The notes: generated by a model from the sequence alone, not told the origin. A stretch of DNA of 64,000 bases from Octopus sinensis (GCF_006345805.1 NC_042998.1:42780001-42844000), one strand, 5' to 3'; positions 1 to 11,929 are shown, numbered from the stretch's first letter. A program made the numbers and translations.

Positions 1-155
1 TTCCATGCTAGCATGGGTTGGACGATTTTGACTGAGGGCTGGTGAACCAGATGGCTGCACCAGGCTCCAATCTTGATCTGGCAGAGTTTCTACAGCTGGA
101 TACTCTTCCTAACTCCAACCACTCTGAGAGTGTTGTGGGTGCTTTTTACGTGCCA
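1..155 (-). mobile_element. RTE-LINE 3'UTR-type repeat (truncated by window edge)
   Basis: Same sequence family as 33035-33580 and as the tail attached to RTE ORF2 at 37690-38420 (CCATGCTAGCATGGGTTGGACG, CAGGCTCCAATCTTGATCTGGCAGAGTTTCTACAGCTGGAT). Confidence 0.75.
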
Positions 156-714
156 ATATCTAATATTGTGTTATGATAAATGTTAGCACTATATCTATAA
201 ACTATGTTTATGGATAGAAAAAGATGGAACTGATGATTGTATGTTTCAATTCTTGTTGAAGTTTTCCTCAGTAACTACACATTCTCTCTAGCTATCCACA
301 AAGATACTGCTAATAAATCTTCTCTAATATTAGGGGTTAAAGCAAAGTGAATTGACCAATTTGGATATTTAACATTTCTCTTGATAGCCAGTTTCATTTC
401 GTTGATATAATACTATATAATGTACTATAGAATATATCAATAGATTTAATAGCCAATACAGTGCATTATGATGAATGTAAACAATATGTCAATACAGTAT
501 GTTTGTGAACAGAAAAAGAGGGAACATTTAAATCTATGTTAATTCTTGTTGGAATTTTCATCAGCACATGGACACTTTCTCTAACTATTTACAAACATAT
601 AACTTGTAAACCTTAGAATAAATAACACTGTATGATGTGGCTTTGGGTGCACTATGCCTGAGAATGTGATAAGGTAGTCATAGTTGGAATACATTTGACT
701 ACAAGTCTATACCA

Positions 715-1013
715 TTGTTCCTTCTCGAGCCATGCCTGGCTCATAAGGGCTGGTTTCCCGGTTTCCTTGGCGTATAGGTTCCCTATCTGGATGGGACGTC
801 AGTCCGTCGCAAGTGAGCTGCTAGATGCAGAAGGAAAGAGTGAAAGAAAGTTGTGGCGAAAGAGTTAGCAGAAGTTTGCCATTACCTTCTGCTGGAGCCG
901 TGTAGAGCTTAGATTTTTTCACTCATAAACACACAAATCACCCAGTCTGAGATTCAAACCTGTGAGCCCTCGACCGCGAGTCCGCTGCTCTAACCACTAG
1001 TCCATGTGCCTCC
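715..1013 (-). mobile_element. tRNA-derived SINE
   Basis: Minus-strand head GGAGGCACATGGACTAGTGGTTAGAGCAGCGGACTCGCGGTCGAGGGCTCACAGGTTTGAATCTCAG has Pol III A-box- and B-box-like motifs. Head is similar to the SINEs at 60774-61107 and 61845-62177. Confidence 0.7.
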
Positions 1014-1194
1014 ACAAGTCTATACCATTAGGACTGGCCAGGTGATATACAACAAAAAGTGCTTCCCAACTATTTCTATGAACTAATGGAATAAAGATGT
1101 ATGAAAATGATTGTGGTTTACAGGATTCATATAAATCCATTCTAGATAAATTCCTTGTAGATAGTTTGACTTGTGTCATGTTATTACTAAACAA

Positions 1195-1430
1195 TCATCC
1201 ATGACAAAATCCATGTTTCATGTTCAGTTACACTGCATGGCATCTTGGGCAAGTATATTCTGCTATAGCCCCAGCTATGTGAGTGAATTTGGTAGATGGA
1301 AATTGTGTGGAAGCCTATTGTGTGGAAGCCTGTTGTGTGTGTGTGTGTGTGTGCTTGACAACCGGAGTTGGTGTGTTCAACTAAACTTTTCAAGGTGGTG
1401 CCCCAGCATGGTCACAGTCCAATGACTGAA
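1195..1430 (+). mobile_element. Decayed family-A tRNA SINE
   Basis: GGCATCTTGGGCAAGT...GGTAGATGGAAATTG...(GT)n...CCCCAGCATGGTCACAGTCCAATGACTGAAA matches the fuller copies at 18100 and 56072. Confidence 0.7.
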
Positions 1431-2280
1431 AAAAAAAAACAAAATAAAAAGTGTAACAAAAATAATATGAAGAGAGAAAAGCAGATAGAAATAAACAAGA
1501 CAATACATTAAAATGTTTAAATTGTAAACTTTATTTATAAACAGTTGACCTATTAGATCACTGCACACTTTTCAGAGGCCAACCTTCTACAAGAAGGCAC
1601 TCAGTGGAATTCCGTAGAGATTACAAATAAACTGTAGGGAGAAATGTAATTGTTTATTAAAGGGGCCAATTCATTGATTTATTCATTTATGAAATTCAAT
1701 CACTTGATGCCAAAACTTCATGTGTCAGGGGAAGATCAAGGATTCAACTGCTTAACATAACATGGAACTCTACCTCCAACCAAAGCTGATTCGGTAACAG
1801 CAGTAGTGGTAGGAGTGAGGGAGTTGATAACAATGATGATGAAGATGATTGTGGAGATGGTGATGATGAATATGCAGATGAGAAAGATTATGATAATGTT
1901 TATATTTTTATTGTAATTAGTCATGTCGTCTTAGGAAGAGGCTTTGTTTCTTTGCATTCAGGCCTATCAAACTGGGCTAAACTGGACTATATAGTGCACA
2001 GTTGGACTATAGTGCACAACTGGACTATGGCACTCAGAAATATGCCTTTCTGAAATAACCATAATTTCATAGATTTACAGTTGGGAGATAATTAGATTAT
2101 GCAACATTCATGCCTTTCTCTAGAGGATTAGTAACATACAAGTAAAGTGAAATAGCTACAACTGGGGAACTAAAACTATATCGAAGGCTGAGCTCCCTGG
2201 GAGCAGGCTGATTCTAGTAAAAAGTGCTCAGAAATATGATATTCTTGTACTACTCAATTGTGATATTTTTGTACTACTCT

Positions 2281-2460
2281 CAGTGGTTTCCAACCATCTC
2301 TTTTAATTAGCAAGTTTAATTTGGAGGGAAATATTATGCAGTAGCAAGGATTGCTTTTCAAAATTAAAATATTTGAGATACTTCTGGAAAGCATTTCAGC
2401 ACATGTAGCAGCTTGCCATATCATACCAGAATAGTGCAGCATCTGAATTGAAAACCACTG
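2281..2460. mobile_element. hAT-like MITE
   Basis: 13-bp TIRs CAGTGGTTTCCAA ... TTGAAAACCACTG (1 mismatch), with CAGTGGTT ends typical of hAT elements. No intact TSD. Confidence 0.6.
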
Positions 2461-4391
2461 AATTAGTCAGCCAAATTCATCATTGAGGTTATTTCCCTCC
2501 TTTTTTAATATTAAGTTGAATTAATAACAATCTCTAAACTAGCTTCCACTTTCTATCCATAAACAATAAACAGAAAAACACATTGTAAACCATTACAATA
2601 ATTTCTGAAATTTATATCTTCTGCCTTTTGACAACAAAATGCATAATATAGTTTTCAGGGTTTGTAAAAGGGAAGATTCAAGGGCCCAGAGAGCCAAGGA
2701 ATGAGGCCATGACAATCTACTGGGCCCTGGAAAAAAAGAAAAGGAAAAGGAAACATAATCCCCTTAAATTCTGAGAGGATCCCACCTCTCAGGGCCTGAA
2801 AGCAGTCTTGCACTGCCTTGCCAAGTTTCTTTGAAGGCCCTGCCAATTTCAATCATTGGTTTCCTTATTAGTTATTAAAAATAAATGTCTATCTGTCAAA
2901 TGTAAAAAAAAAATAAAAATAAAAAAAAATGAAGAAAGAAACAAATTAATAATAATAATAAAAAAAGTATAAAAACTATCAAAATTTACAATTTAGCTTT
3001 GCTGCCTCTGATTCCACATTGACACAGGAAATTATATTTTTTTCGTATTCTCCATAAAATGAAATTACTTTATGAATGTATTATGTAATACACTTTTAAT
3101 GGGAGAATTGTTCATACATGATGTATAATTGTTACAATTTTATTATTTTCATTCATTGATACATAAACTTAAATCTTTTAAGTTTGTGCTTCTTGAAAGA
3201 TATCACAGGAGATAAAAATGTAAATAAATAAAATATTTGAGAGAATAAAATAAAATCATTATCATTCAAATTTTCACAATATTTATCTCATGCTTGCATA
3301 GATTGGATTACTGAGTTTCACACGTTCCTTGGTTCGTCTACCTATATAATTACTATCACCAAACAACTATTTGTCACCCAATTAATCCACATTCTCAATT
3401 ACTACCACATACATACAGCCCTGAGCTTCTGTTTTAACAATCAACAAGTATTTCCCAGTTACTTTTGAAACTGGATTTTGCGTATGTTTTCAGTTTGACA
3501 TTGCATATCTAACAGATTTTACCTACTTATGTTTTTATATATTATATATAAGGCATTTTATGAATATTAGCAACATAAATTATAGGTTTCCAATGGGGCA
3601 ATTGCTGCATCACTGTTGTTCTGACGGTGAGAGCATCAAAGAAGTATCTGTACAGCTTGAGCAGAATTTTAGCGCATATTATCAGCAGCTTATTTTTGGC
3701 CAATATGTGTTTTGTCAATGCATAAACATGCACACACCTGCACACACACACATTTATATGTACACACATATACTACATACATACACCCATATATATACAC
3801 ACATACATACATATGTATACATGCACACAATGGGCTTCTGCACAATTCCTTTCAAGCAAATTTCACTCACAGGCCAATAGTAAACCCAAGATGATGATAA
3901 AACACACACAGCCAAGATGTCACATAGAGGGATTGAACATGAAACCTCTTTGTTGCAAAGTGAACATATCCAGCTCACAATAATGCCTGTTTATTATCTA
4001 ATTCTTATCTAATCTTTTCAAATCTATGTTTAGAAACTACGATTCACTGCAGTTCTTAGATAATATTTTATTTCTACAAAAACATTAAGTAAATAAGAAA
4101 CAATTTTCATCTTGAAACTTAAGCATGCATCTATAGACCACAGAGGGGTATAGCATAACTAGCACCACTATCATTAATAAATAAATTAGTTAATAAACGG
4201 AAATTTTGTATCAGTTTCAATGAACCAATAATCAGTGTTTGTAGTTTTCAACTGGATTGTGGAATATAGGTTATGGCAGAGCATTTACTATACTATAGGC
4301 TATATATAATCAAGTGCAGCAGAATGCTGTCTTTTATTCTCTAAAATTTCACCGACAAAAATGTAAATATGTATATGTATATGTGTGTGTA

Positions 4392-4439
<48 letters not shown>

Positions 4440-4692
4440 CATACTTACATACATACATATATACATGCATGCATATAGGTATACATGTATCTATGTAAAT
4501 ATATACCTATATAGCTACACACACACGCACACATATATACACATATATATGCACATAAGTTTGTATGCATACTTATATACATATATATATGTACATTCAC
4601 ACACACATATATATAAATAAGCACACACATATACATATACACACACATACATATACACAAACACACACATGTAAATAAATACATACATATAT

Positions 4693-5897
4693 CTGAGGGT
4701 CGTCTGAAAAGTAGTGTAAAAGTAGTCATAACATTTTTATTAACAGACATAAGCCAATGAAATTGCATTTGTTGGTAGTAACTCTTTTCCCATAATAAAT
4801 ATTGTTCCTGTTCTTGTTCATCACAAGCAAATTGTGGGATCCAATCAGAAACAATGTGTCACCATAGAGTTGTTGACAAAGGTGTGTTGCAGGATGTTCC
4901 ACACCTACAGACCACTATAAATTTTTTAAAAAGATGAATCCATTGACAAGAGCAATGTGCCCAGGGAAACTAACACAGAAGATAAACAATGCAGTGGAAG
5001 ACTTTCATCTGTAACCACTGATATGAAACCACTGGGTGGATGAACTGATTCATGTGAGCAGATGAGACACAATCTGTGATCTTGCTGCACAATTGGACTG
5101 TAGTCACACAGCACTAGAGAAGATGGTGGAAGACTTTGGGTATTCGAAAGTGTACGCAAAATGGATACCTCGGGAGCTGGCAACCCAATTTGAAGAAGTG
5201 GAGGGAAGAGAAGACTGCTCTGATTAAAAGAAGCATCAGAAGCCAATTAAAACATTTTTGTCAAGTCTGATGACAAGGAATGAAACATGGCCATATCTTT
5301 ATGATATAGAAACAAAGATTCAGTCAATGGAACGGCATTACACCTCTTCTCCAAAGCTTATGAAGTTCAAAAGTCAGTGATTGTCAGAGAAAGTCATGGG
5401 AACTGTTAATTGAGATGACAAAGGTATAATATTCTGTGAATTTCTAGGATATAGCTGCAGCATGAACAGAAAGCAGTTTATTGAAATACTTAAAAAGCTT
5501 AGAGAAGCTATTAGAAGGAAGAAGTCAAGGAAGAATCTATAAACAATCTATATCCAACTTGACAATGAGCCACCACATACATCCTTGGCAGCAAATGAGA
5601 AAATTAGACTGGTCAGTGGTAACCCATTAACTTTACAGCCTAGACTGAGTGCCAGCCAACAGGAGAGTGATTTGCTAATACTAACAAGGTGCATAAGTGG
5701 GGTACAACATACAAATATTTTCAAAGAGGATTTGAAAGTTGGGTCCAAGAAATGCACAACTGTATTTCCTGTGGTGGTGACTATGTTGAGAAGTACTTTT
5801 GCGTAGAAACGTTATTCTACCAGCATGTGCAATTTGAATGATCTATGTCAATTAATAAAAATATTCTATTTTGCTATACTTTTGGTCCAACCCTTGA
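4693..5897 (+). mobile_element. Decayed mariner transposon
   Basis: Degenerate TIRs (GAGGGTCGTCTGAAAAGTA; right end rev-comp AAGGGTTGGACCAAAAGTA). Frameshifted transposase remnants: DLAAQLDCSHTALEKMVEDFGYSKVYAKWIPREL, NETWPYLYD, KVMGTVN-DDKGIIFCEFL. Confidence 0.85.
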
Positions 5898-6490
5898 ATA
5901 GATATGTGTGTGTGTGCTTCTGTATGTGCATATATACATACATAAATATATATATGTAAATATGCACATACAGATTTATATATATAAACATATGTACACA
6001 TGCAACATAATATGAACTTATCTGCATGTGTGTGTGTGAATGTCTCTATATATGTGTATGTATACACACACACATATATATAAACATACATATAAATACA
6101 CACACATAGATGTATATACACATTCATATATGCACATGTACACACATACACGACATTCACAAATACAGACATACTTATCTGTGTAAATGCATGTTTCTAA
6201 ATATTAAAACTTCAAGTCCAAAACACTAACATTCTACAAAAATTTCACTCCAAAATACTAGCACTACATAGTAAACTACTAATCTGAAGGAAGAAAGCTT
6301 GATAATTTTCTTTGAAAATGCATAATTTTGTTCAAATCCAAATAAATAATTCTCGTTTATTCACTCAAGTAATTTTTAATCTACCTACCAACAAATATAA
6401 ACAAAATATAAATCCCAAATTTACTATTTTTCATTATATTATCATGAAAATTATCACACCAGCTTTTCTTTAGTAAATGTAGCTCTACTT

Positions 6491-6523
<33 letters not shown>

Positions 6524-6931
6524 GTATATATATATATAAGTGTCTCAAAAGTAAATAGACTCCTCTCATTGTACTGTTATACCTGTGTGGACACTGCTCA
6601 TTAATATGATGCCCAAATGAGTTAAATCGTTAAAAACTGCACAAGCCATGACTACTAATTACTAGATCAATTATTTAAATGCATCAAATGACATTTTGTT
6701 TCTAGAAATATTTCTTTCAATAAAATAAAAAAAATTTTTTTTAATTATGGTGTCTATTTACTTTTGAGATACCTGTGAGTGTGTGTGTATGTATGTGTGT
6801 GTGTGTATATATGGATAGATAGACACATATATATATAGATAGATATATTGATAGACACACACACACATACATATGCACACACATACACATACAGACATAC
6901 ATATATGCAAATTTGTATATCAAAGCTTTTA

Positions 6932-8311
6932 TCAGGAGGCTAGATTTGCTCTCTCTGTTTCTCGGAGCTTGTAATCAATCTCACTATATAGTTCTTGAGA
7001 TATTTCACCTGTCAAAAGTTTATACAGAAATGTAGATTTGCTTTTTTTCATATGGTTTAATTTTGATGAGGCATCACTCAAATAAGACAAACCAGTACTG
7101 TCTTTACCCATTGGGATAATTCCGCGTAAATATTTCTCTAATTCAGAGACATTCTCTCTTTTAGGAGAATTTCCATTGTTGGAAGCATTCTTTTTCGAAT
7201 TGGAAATGTGTAGCTGTTTATCACTTTGTTTATGTTTTAAACTCTGCATATAGCTGAAATATCGGCTATCAGGTTTGTTTGGGAATGCACCTGATTGCAA
7301 ATTTCTTGGCTGATGCTGTGGAAAATTGAAAGAAGAAGGTGACAATGCACATGACAAATGACCTGTTAGAACTTTTTGCAGACAGCTTGTCTTTGAAATA
7401 ACATTTGGGGATTTAGGTATTGCAAACACGTCCTTCTTTTTAAAGGTTTTTGAACTTTTGGTTTGATTGTAGTTGAATGAATTATCAATGCCGTAAGATG
7501 AGTCAGATGGAGACAACAAATGCATTTGAGCAGAGGAACAATTATCCCCTTGCTTCTCACTAAAATATCCATGGAGATTTGCATGAACTGAATTACATTT
7601 TGCTGCATATTTCCCTAAATTAGGCTCGCTACAAAATTTATTTTCACATTCTTGAAAGCAGTTATTTAGCTTTTGACATTTTGTGTGATATGACGGTAAA
7701 CTGGAAGATATAGAAGTGGAAAGGGAGGAATTTGGAAACAAATAAGTTGGTTCAGGATTCTTCTGATTATCAGAAAATACAGAAACTGGATCATCTTTGT
7801 CATTAAAGTAATTTGATTCAATTAGTTCAGATTGATTACCGAATAATGGCTGATCAAATGCATGATCAAAAGCCTGATCAAATGCATTGTTTATTTCACC
7901 TAGTGATAATTGATTATCAGTGGCATCTGAAATGTTTCGGGAAGAGAAGGCAATGTCATCAAAAACAGGTTTTAATTTGTTTTCAAATACACTGGGATTT
8001 TCATGGTATACAGAGGTGCAAATAGATGTGTTTGGATCACCTGAAAAGAAGTCATCATTGATGAGATCAGATTTGAAGAAGTTATCAACGTCAAATGAAG
8101 CAATCTCTTCACTTGAGGGTGTTTCTGACTGAAAATAACTCATCATATCATTCTGTACATCTTCGGAATTGTACATTATTTGACTTATCAAAGTTTCAAA
8201 TTGGGAATTGTCTTCAAAATCAAAATCATTCATAGAACCTTCACTGAATGCAGAGTCTGGTGATGAGACTGCAGAAAGATTTTTATCAAGAGGAGATGTC
8301 ATTGTAAACAT
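6932..8311 (-). CDS. Single-exon 459-aa protein of unknown function; low-complexity S/N/D/F-rich, probable disordered transcriptional co-regulator-like protein
   Basis: 1380-bp open frame in AT-rich DNA with no microsatellite or TE motifs. An in-frame upstream stop (8375-8377) bounds the start, and there is a candidate splice acceptor at 8400/8399 (tttttatatgctacag). Motifs: DSAFSEGS (aa19-26), SCLQKVLTG, SELEKYLRG, TFLYKLLTG. Possible AATAAA at 6356-6361. Function is inference. Confidence 0.85.
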   Translation of the reverse strand: MFTMTSPLDKNLSAVSSPDSAFSEGSMNDFDFEDNSQFETLISQIMYNSEDVQNDMMSYFQSETPSSEEIASFDVDNFFKSDLINDDFFSGDPNTSICTSVYHENPSVFENKLKPVFDDIAFSSRNISDATDNQLSLGEINNAFDQAFDHAFDQPLFGNQSELIESNYFNDKDDPVSVFSDNQKNPEPTYLFPNSSLSTSISSSLPSYHTKCQKLNNCFQECENKFCSEPNLGKYAAKCNSVHANLHGYFSEKQGDNCSSAQMHLLSPSDSSYGIDNSFNYNQTKSSKTFKKKDVFAIPKSPNVISKTSCLQKVLTGHLSCALSPSSFNFPQHQPRNLQSGAFPNKPDSRYFSYMQSLKHKQSDKQLHISNSKKNASNNGNSPKRENVSELEKYLRGIIPMGKDSTGLSYLSDASSKLNHMKKSKSTFLYKLLTGEISQELYSEIDYKLRETERANLAS

Positions 8312-8374
8312 TAGGAAAGAACGATAAGCGTTTTTTCTATGCTGTTTTTGTTTTCTATCTGAGATACTGGATAG

Positions 8375-8392
8375 TCAAGGGAGAGCTTCCAT
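8375..8392 (-). promoter_or_regulatory. uORF MEALP* in frame with the 459-aa CDS
   Basis: ATG GAA GCT CTC CCT TGA, with the ATG 81 nt upstream of the main ATG. The 21 codons after the TGA are open up to the main ATG. Confidence 0.5.
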
Positions 8393-9229
8393 TGAAGAAC
8401 TGTAGCATATAAAAATTGATTACGGCATCTGAAAAAGATACAAGGGAATAGAATTAACATTATAAATATGATAATGCTACAAAGATAAACAAGATAGTGC
8501 AAAGTATAAATACATATTGATTTCTGATTTTAATTCATAATTTCACTTAAATTAGAGATGCTTTTGTACTTTACAAAAATTAGGATCAGTTATTCATTTT
8601 GTTGGATGCACAAACTACATTGTTCAAAGTGAAGGTGAAAACTAACACACACACACCTACAATCTCATAACAACCAATACATGTTGCCAAACAATTTCAA
8701 GTTTAAGAACCTTGCAAGTGTGAAATGGTAAATTAAAAATCATTGGAAATGGTTGAATGGAAGAGTATAACATGGAATCTTTATTACTGCAGGTCTGAAA
8801 CCACCATTTCTGGTTCATGGATCTCAGAGATGTAAAAAAATAAAAAGGAAGAAAAAAAAAAGGGAACAAAACTCTTGGATGAAAACAATAGTCAGCAAAC
8901 ATCTAAAGACAATCAACATTCTGTCCCTTAAATTCATCCTGTTTTGATTGTAATTTGTTACTGATAGCATGCAGGCAGGCACGCACGCATGCACGCACAC
9001 ACAAAATAGCAAAAACACATGTGGAAACAGGTTACACAAAAGAAATATTATGCAGTTCAATCCACTCCATTTTCTGAATTCAAGTAGCCACAGATTTCCT
9101 GAATCTTATTGAAGGCACTGGAGAAACACTTTCCTCATAGATATAGAAAAAAATCTTTAATAGACATACAGTAGAATGTGTGTACTCCACCACACCAAAT
9201 CCATCCAACAATGTAGTAACAATTAACAA

Positions 9230-9650
9230 TAAAAAATTGAATAGTAATAGTAATGAGGAACATGCCTTTACTTATACACGTAAATATTATATTGTGAATG
9301 TTATGTCTTAAGCTATTAAGATAATACTATGACAATTGTGTCTCTTTCTAATAGTAGTAATAATATAGATACAATAAATACTGACTTTTCTAATAATATT
9401 CCAAATAGCATGTGTAACTTTAGGGATCCAAATAAGTGCCTTTTAAATAACCAGTGTTTTAGAACTAATGTAGTATATAAATGTTCATTTATGACTCCAG
9501 ATAAATTACAGTGCTATATAAGCGCTATTGTAATCAAATTTAAGTTCAGATAACATAATCGTGTACATTCCATTCAAAAACAAAAGCACTTACCATATTA
9601 CAAGCTAAATTTCTTTAGGACCTCAAAATGAGGATTATTAGTAAGTTAGT
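9230..9650 (+). mobile_element. Penelope-like element GIY-YIG endonuclease remnant
   Basis: CNFRDPNKCLLNNQCFRTNVVYKC...CYISAIVIKFKFR*HN matches the PLE pattern CNCR..CPL...C...VVY.....YIG.T...FK.R..NH. Confidence 0.7.
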
Positions 9651-10404
9651 AGTGTACTGCACTTCCATACAAAGGGTTATGGGTAGCTGTAACATGTGTG
9701 CTATGGAGATGACTAATTTGTTTAAGAAAAACAGAAAAAGAATCACCCTATTACAAGACTGGTATTTTATTTATCAATCCTAAAAAATAGATGAAAATCA
9801 AAGCTCATTTTCATGGTACTTCCATGAAAAGTTCAGAGAACTAGAGCAACTACCACAAGGCAATTTATCTGGAGCTTTATAAATTTGGCCAATTTACTGC
9901 CTTATGATTGTACAAGTAAAAAGTCTAGACTGTATATGTAAAAAAGTGTGATGTGTATTGAAATACAGGTGGTGAATGCAAAAAATTTTTAAATGATTGA
10001 TAAGGAAAAAGTTATGAATATATCCATCTGATGGGTGTTCAAGGTTTATTTTGGAGTAACATTTAACACAAATAAATGGAGAATGCAACTGGGAGGAGAT
10101 ACATTGTCCAATGCCCACACAGAATGCAACAACACTAATTTGAGCATGACTGATATATTATGGTTTTAAAAAATGAATCACGGATAAAATGTGAATGATA
10201 CCTAATTAGAAACAAAGAAAATCCTGCAGCGAAGTTATTAGGACATATCAAAGAAGATTAGATCTCACAAATTAAATCATATAGATGGCGATCAATGAAA
10301 CTTATAGGATGATAAAATACAGACATTTAAATAATGGTATCAATAAATGCATTAAAATTTACTGGTAGTCTATTATTTGCTTCTGTATATTATTTAATTT
10401 TTAG

Positions 10405-10480
10405 TTCTATTTTTACGAAAGCTGAGGATGATGAAACAGTGATAACAGATGTCCAACAGGATTGTAATCCATACAGCTGA
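10405..10480 (+). CDS. Candidate terminal coding exon (xSIFTKAEDDETVITDVQQDCNPYS*)
   Basis: Pyrimidine-rich acceptor tattatttaatttttag, 24 open codons then TGA, AATAAA at 10505-10510. An alternative frame gives VLFLRKLRMMKQ*. No recognised homology. Confidence 0.3.
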
Positions 10481-10687
10481 ATGAAGTCACAAATGCTAAT
10501 AACTAATAAACCATGTCATATAAATTCAAGTTACTCATAAAACATGTGAGCTTTCGATGAATTGGTTTTATGAAATTAAATGAATGTAAGATACCCTATC
10601 CACCTTGAACAGGATGCTAGCCTGTCATACGTGACCCCTTGTGTATCTTGTAGATATTCATAACAGTCATGTCAACTGAGCCAATAT

Positions 10688-11150
10688 ATTAGGTTGTTTC
10701 ACATGAAATGTCATATTTGAAAGGTAACAATAAAATGTTCCAGAGGTGTTGAGAACTGATTGATCCATGTTCATTTATGTTTACCCAACATTTCTCTATG
10801 TCGTATATTTCATCTTTAAAAATAAATTCACCTTTAGCTGTGATAAACTGTCCGAATGCTTCAATTACCTCTTCTCTATTTAAGAAGGTTTTATTGCTTA
10901 TGAAAAGCTCAAAATGCTTTAATAAAGGGTGATCAGTAGGAGAGATATCAGGGGAATAGGGAGGATGATGCAAAATCTCATAATTCAGGCTTTGCAACTT
11001 TTGGGCTGTAGCTTGAGAAGTGTGAATATGTACATTGTTGTGGGGCAAGATTGGGCCATCTCTATTCACTAGTCTGGGTTGCTTCTTTTTCAAATACTCA
11101 TGCATACAATGAATTTCCTGGCAATACGATGTTGCTATTTTTCCTTGTTA
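10688..11150 (-). mobile_element. Mariner transposase 3' fragment with one TIR
   Basis: ORF 10689-11105 has GPILPHNNVHIHT...ILHHPPYSPDISPTDH (mariner HPPYSPDLAPSD motif). TIR-like TATTAGGTTGTTTCACATG at about 10687. Confidence 0.9.
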
Positions 11151-11639
11151 CAAAAATGAATAACTCCCATGAATGAAGAGGGTATTTTATCTGAAGTGTA
11201 CAGTATTATATATACATTACAGCTGATTTTACCAATCAGTTTCATGATAGGGATTCAATGGAGTGTTAGGTAACAATCCAATTATGTAACTCTGCACTTA
11301 TCAGAGGTAGCTGATATGGAATGGAATTGTGGGTGTTAAGTCCCCATGAAGGGGTCTTTCTAACTTCTAACAAGATGAAATTTTATAAATATTACTTCAT
11401 TTGTGTCTAATATCTATGGTTAAAATTTCATCAACAGCAAAAATATATGAATTGTCACGGGGGTTATGGCCCTTATGCATAGACTATAATTTCCAAATTT
11501 TGTAAAAGTCCATTCAATACTTTTGACCTAGTTTTGGATCATAAAAGAAATGACTAAAATTTGGGAGTTAAGGCCCCCATTAGGTATCTTAGAATCCTCA
11601 TGTGAAGTGGAATCTTTGAGAATACTTCTTAATGTGTGT

Positions 11640-11815
11640 CGATTTTTGAGTTTAGATGAGATGCAGTTTGGGTTCGTGCCAGGGAAAAGCACCACTGATG
11701 CTATATTTCTGGTAAGACAGCTGCAGGAGAAATATCTAGCCAAAGATAAACCTCTGTACCTGGCTTTCGCTGATATGGAGAAAGCCTTTGAGATGGTCCC
11801 CCGATCCCTTATCTG
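11640..11815 (+). mobile_element. RTE-clade LINE reverse transcriptase fragment
   Basis: DEMQFGFVPGKSTTDAIFLVRQLQEKYLAKDKPLYLAFADMEKAFEMVPRSLIW. Confidence 0.9.
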
Positions 11816-11876
11816 GTGCATACCTTTCCTACATTGGTCACTAAACTCTGCTTGCGAAGACCTGTTGAGGCAAGTA

Positions 11877-11929
<53 letters not shown>

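Noticed and set aside
952-1013. tRNA gene (also heads at 18100, 56072, 61107, 62177)
   Set aside because: tRNA-like heads run into SINE bodies and lack a proper acceptor stem; these are SINEs.
2656-2822. CAGGG...CCCTG hAT-like MITE
   Set aside because: Only about 5-bp terminal match and no TSD; insufficient support.
10260-10300. KLNHIDGDQ resembling an HNH motif
   Set aside because: Surrounded by stops in that frame, with no further HNH residues.
10422-10450. CTGAGGA-tgat-GAAA hammerhead-like string
   Set aside because: No stem II, no valid NUH/stem III pairing and no stem I.
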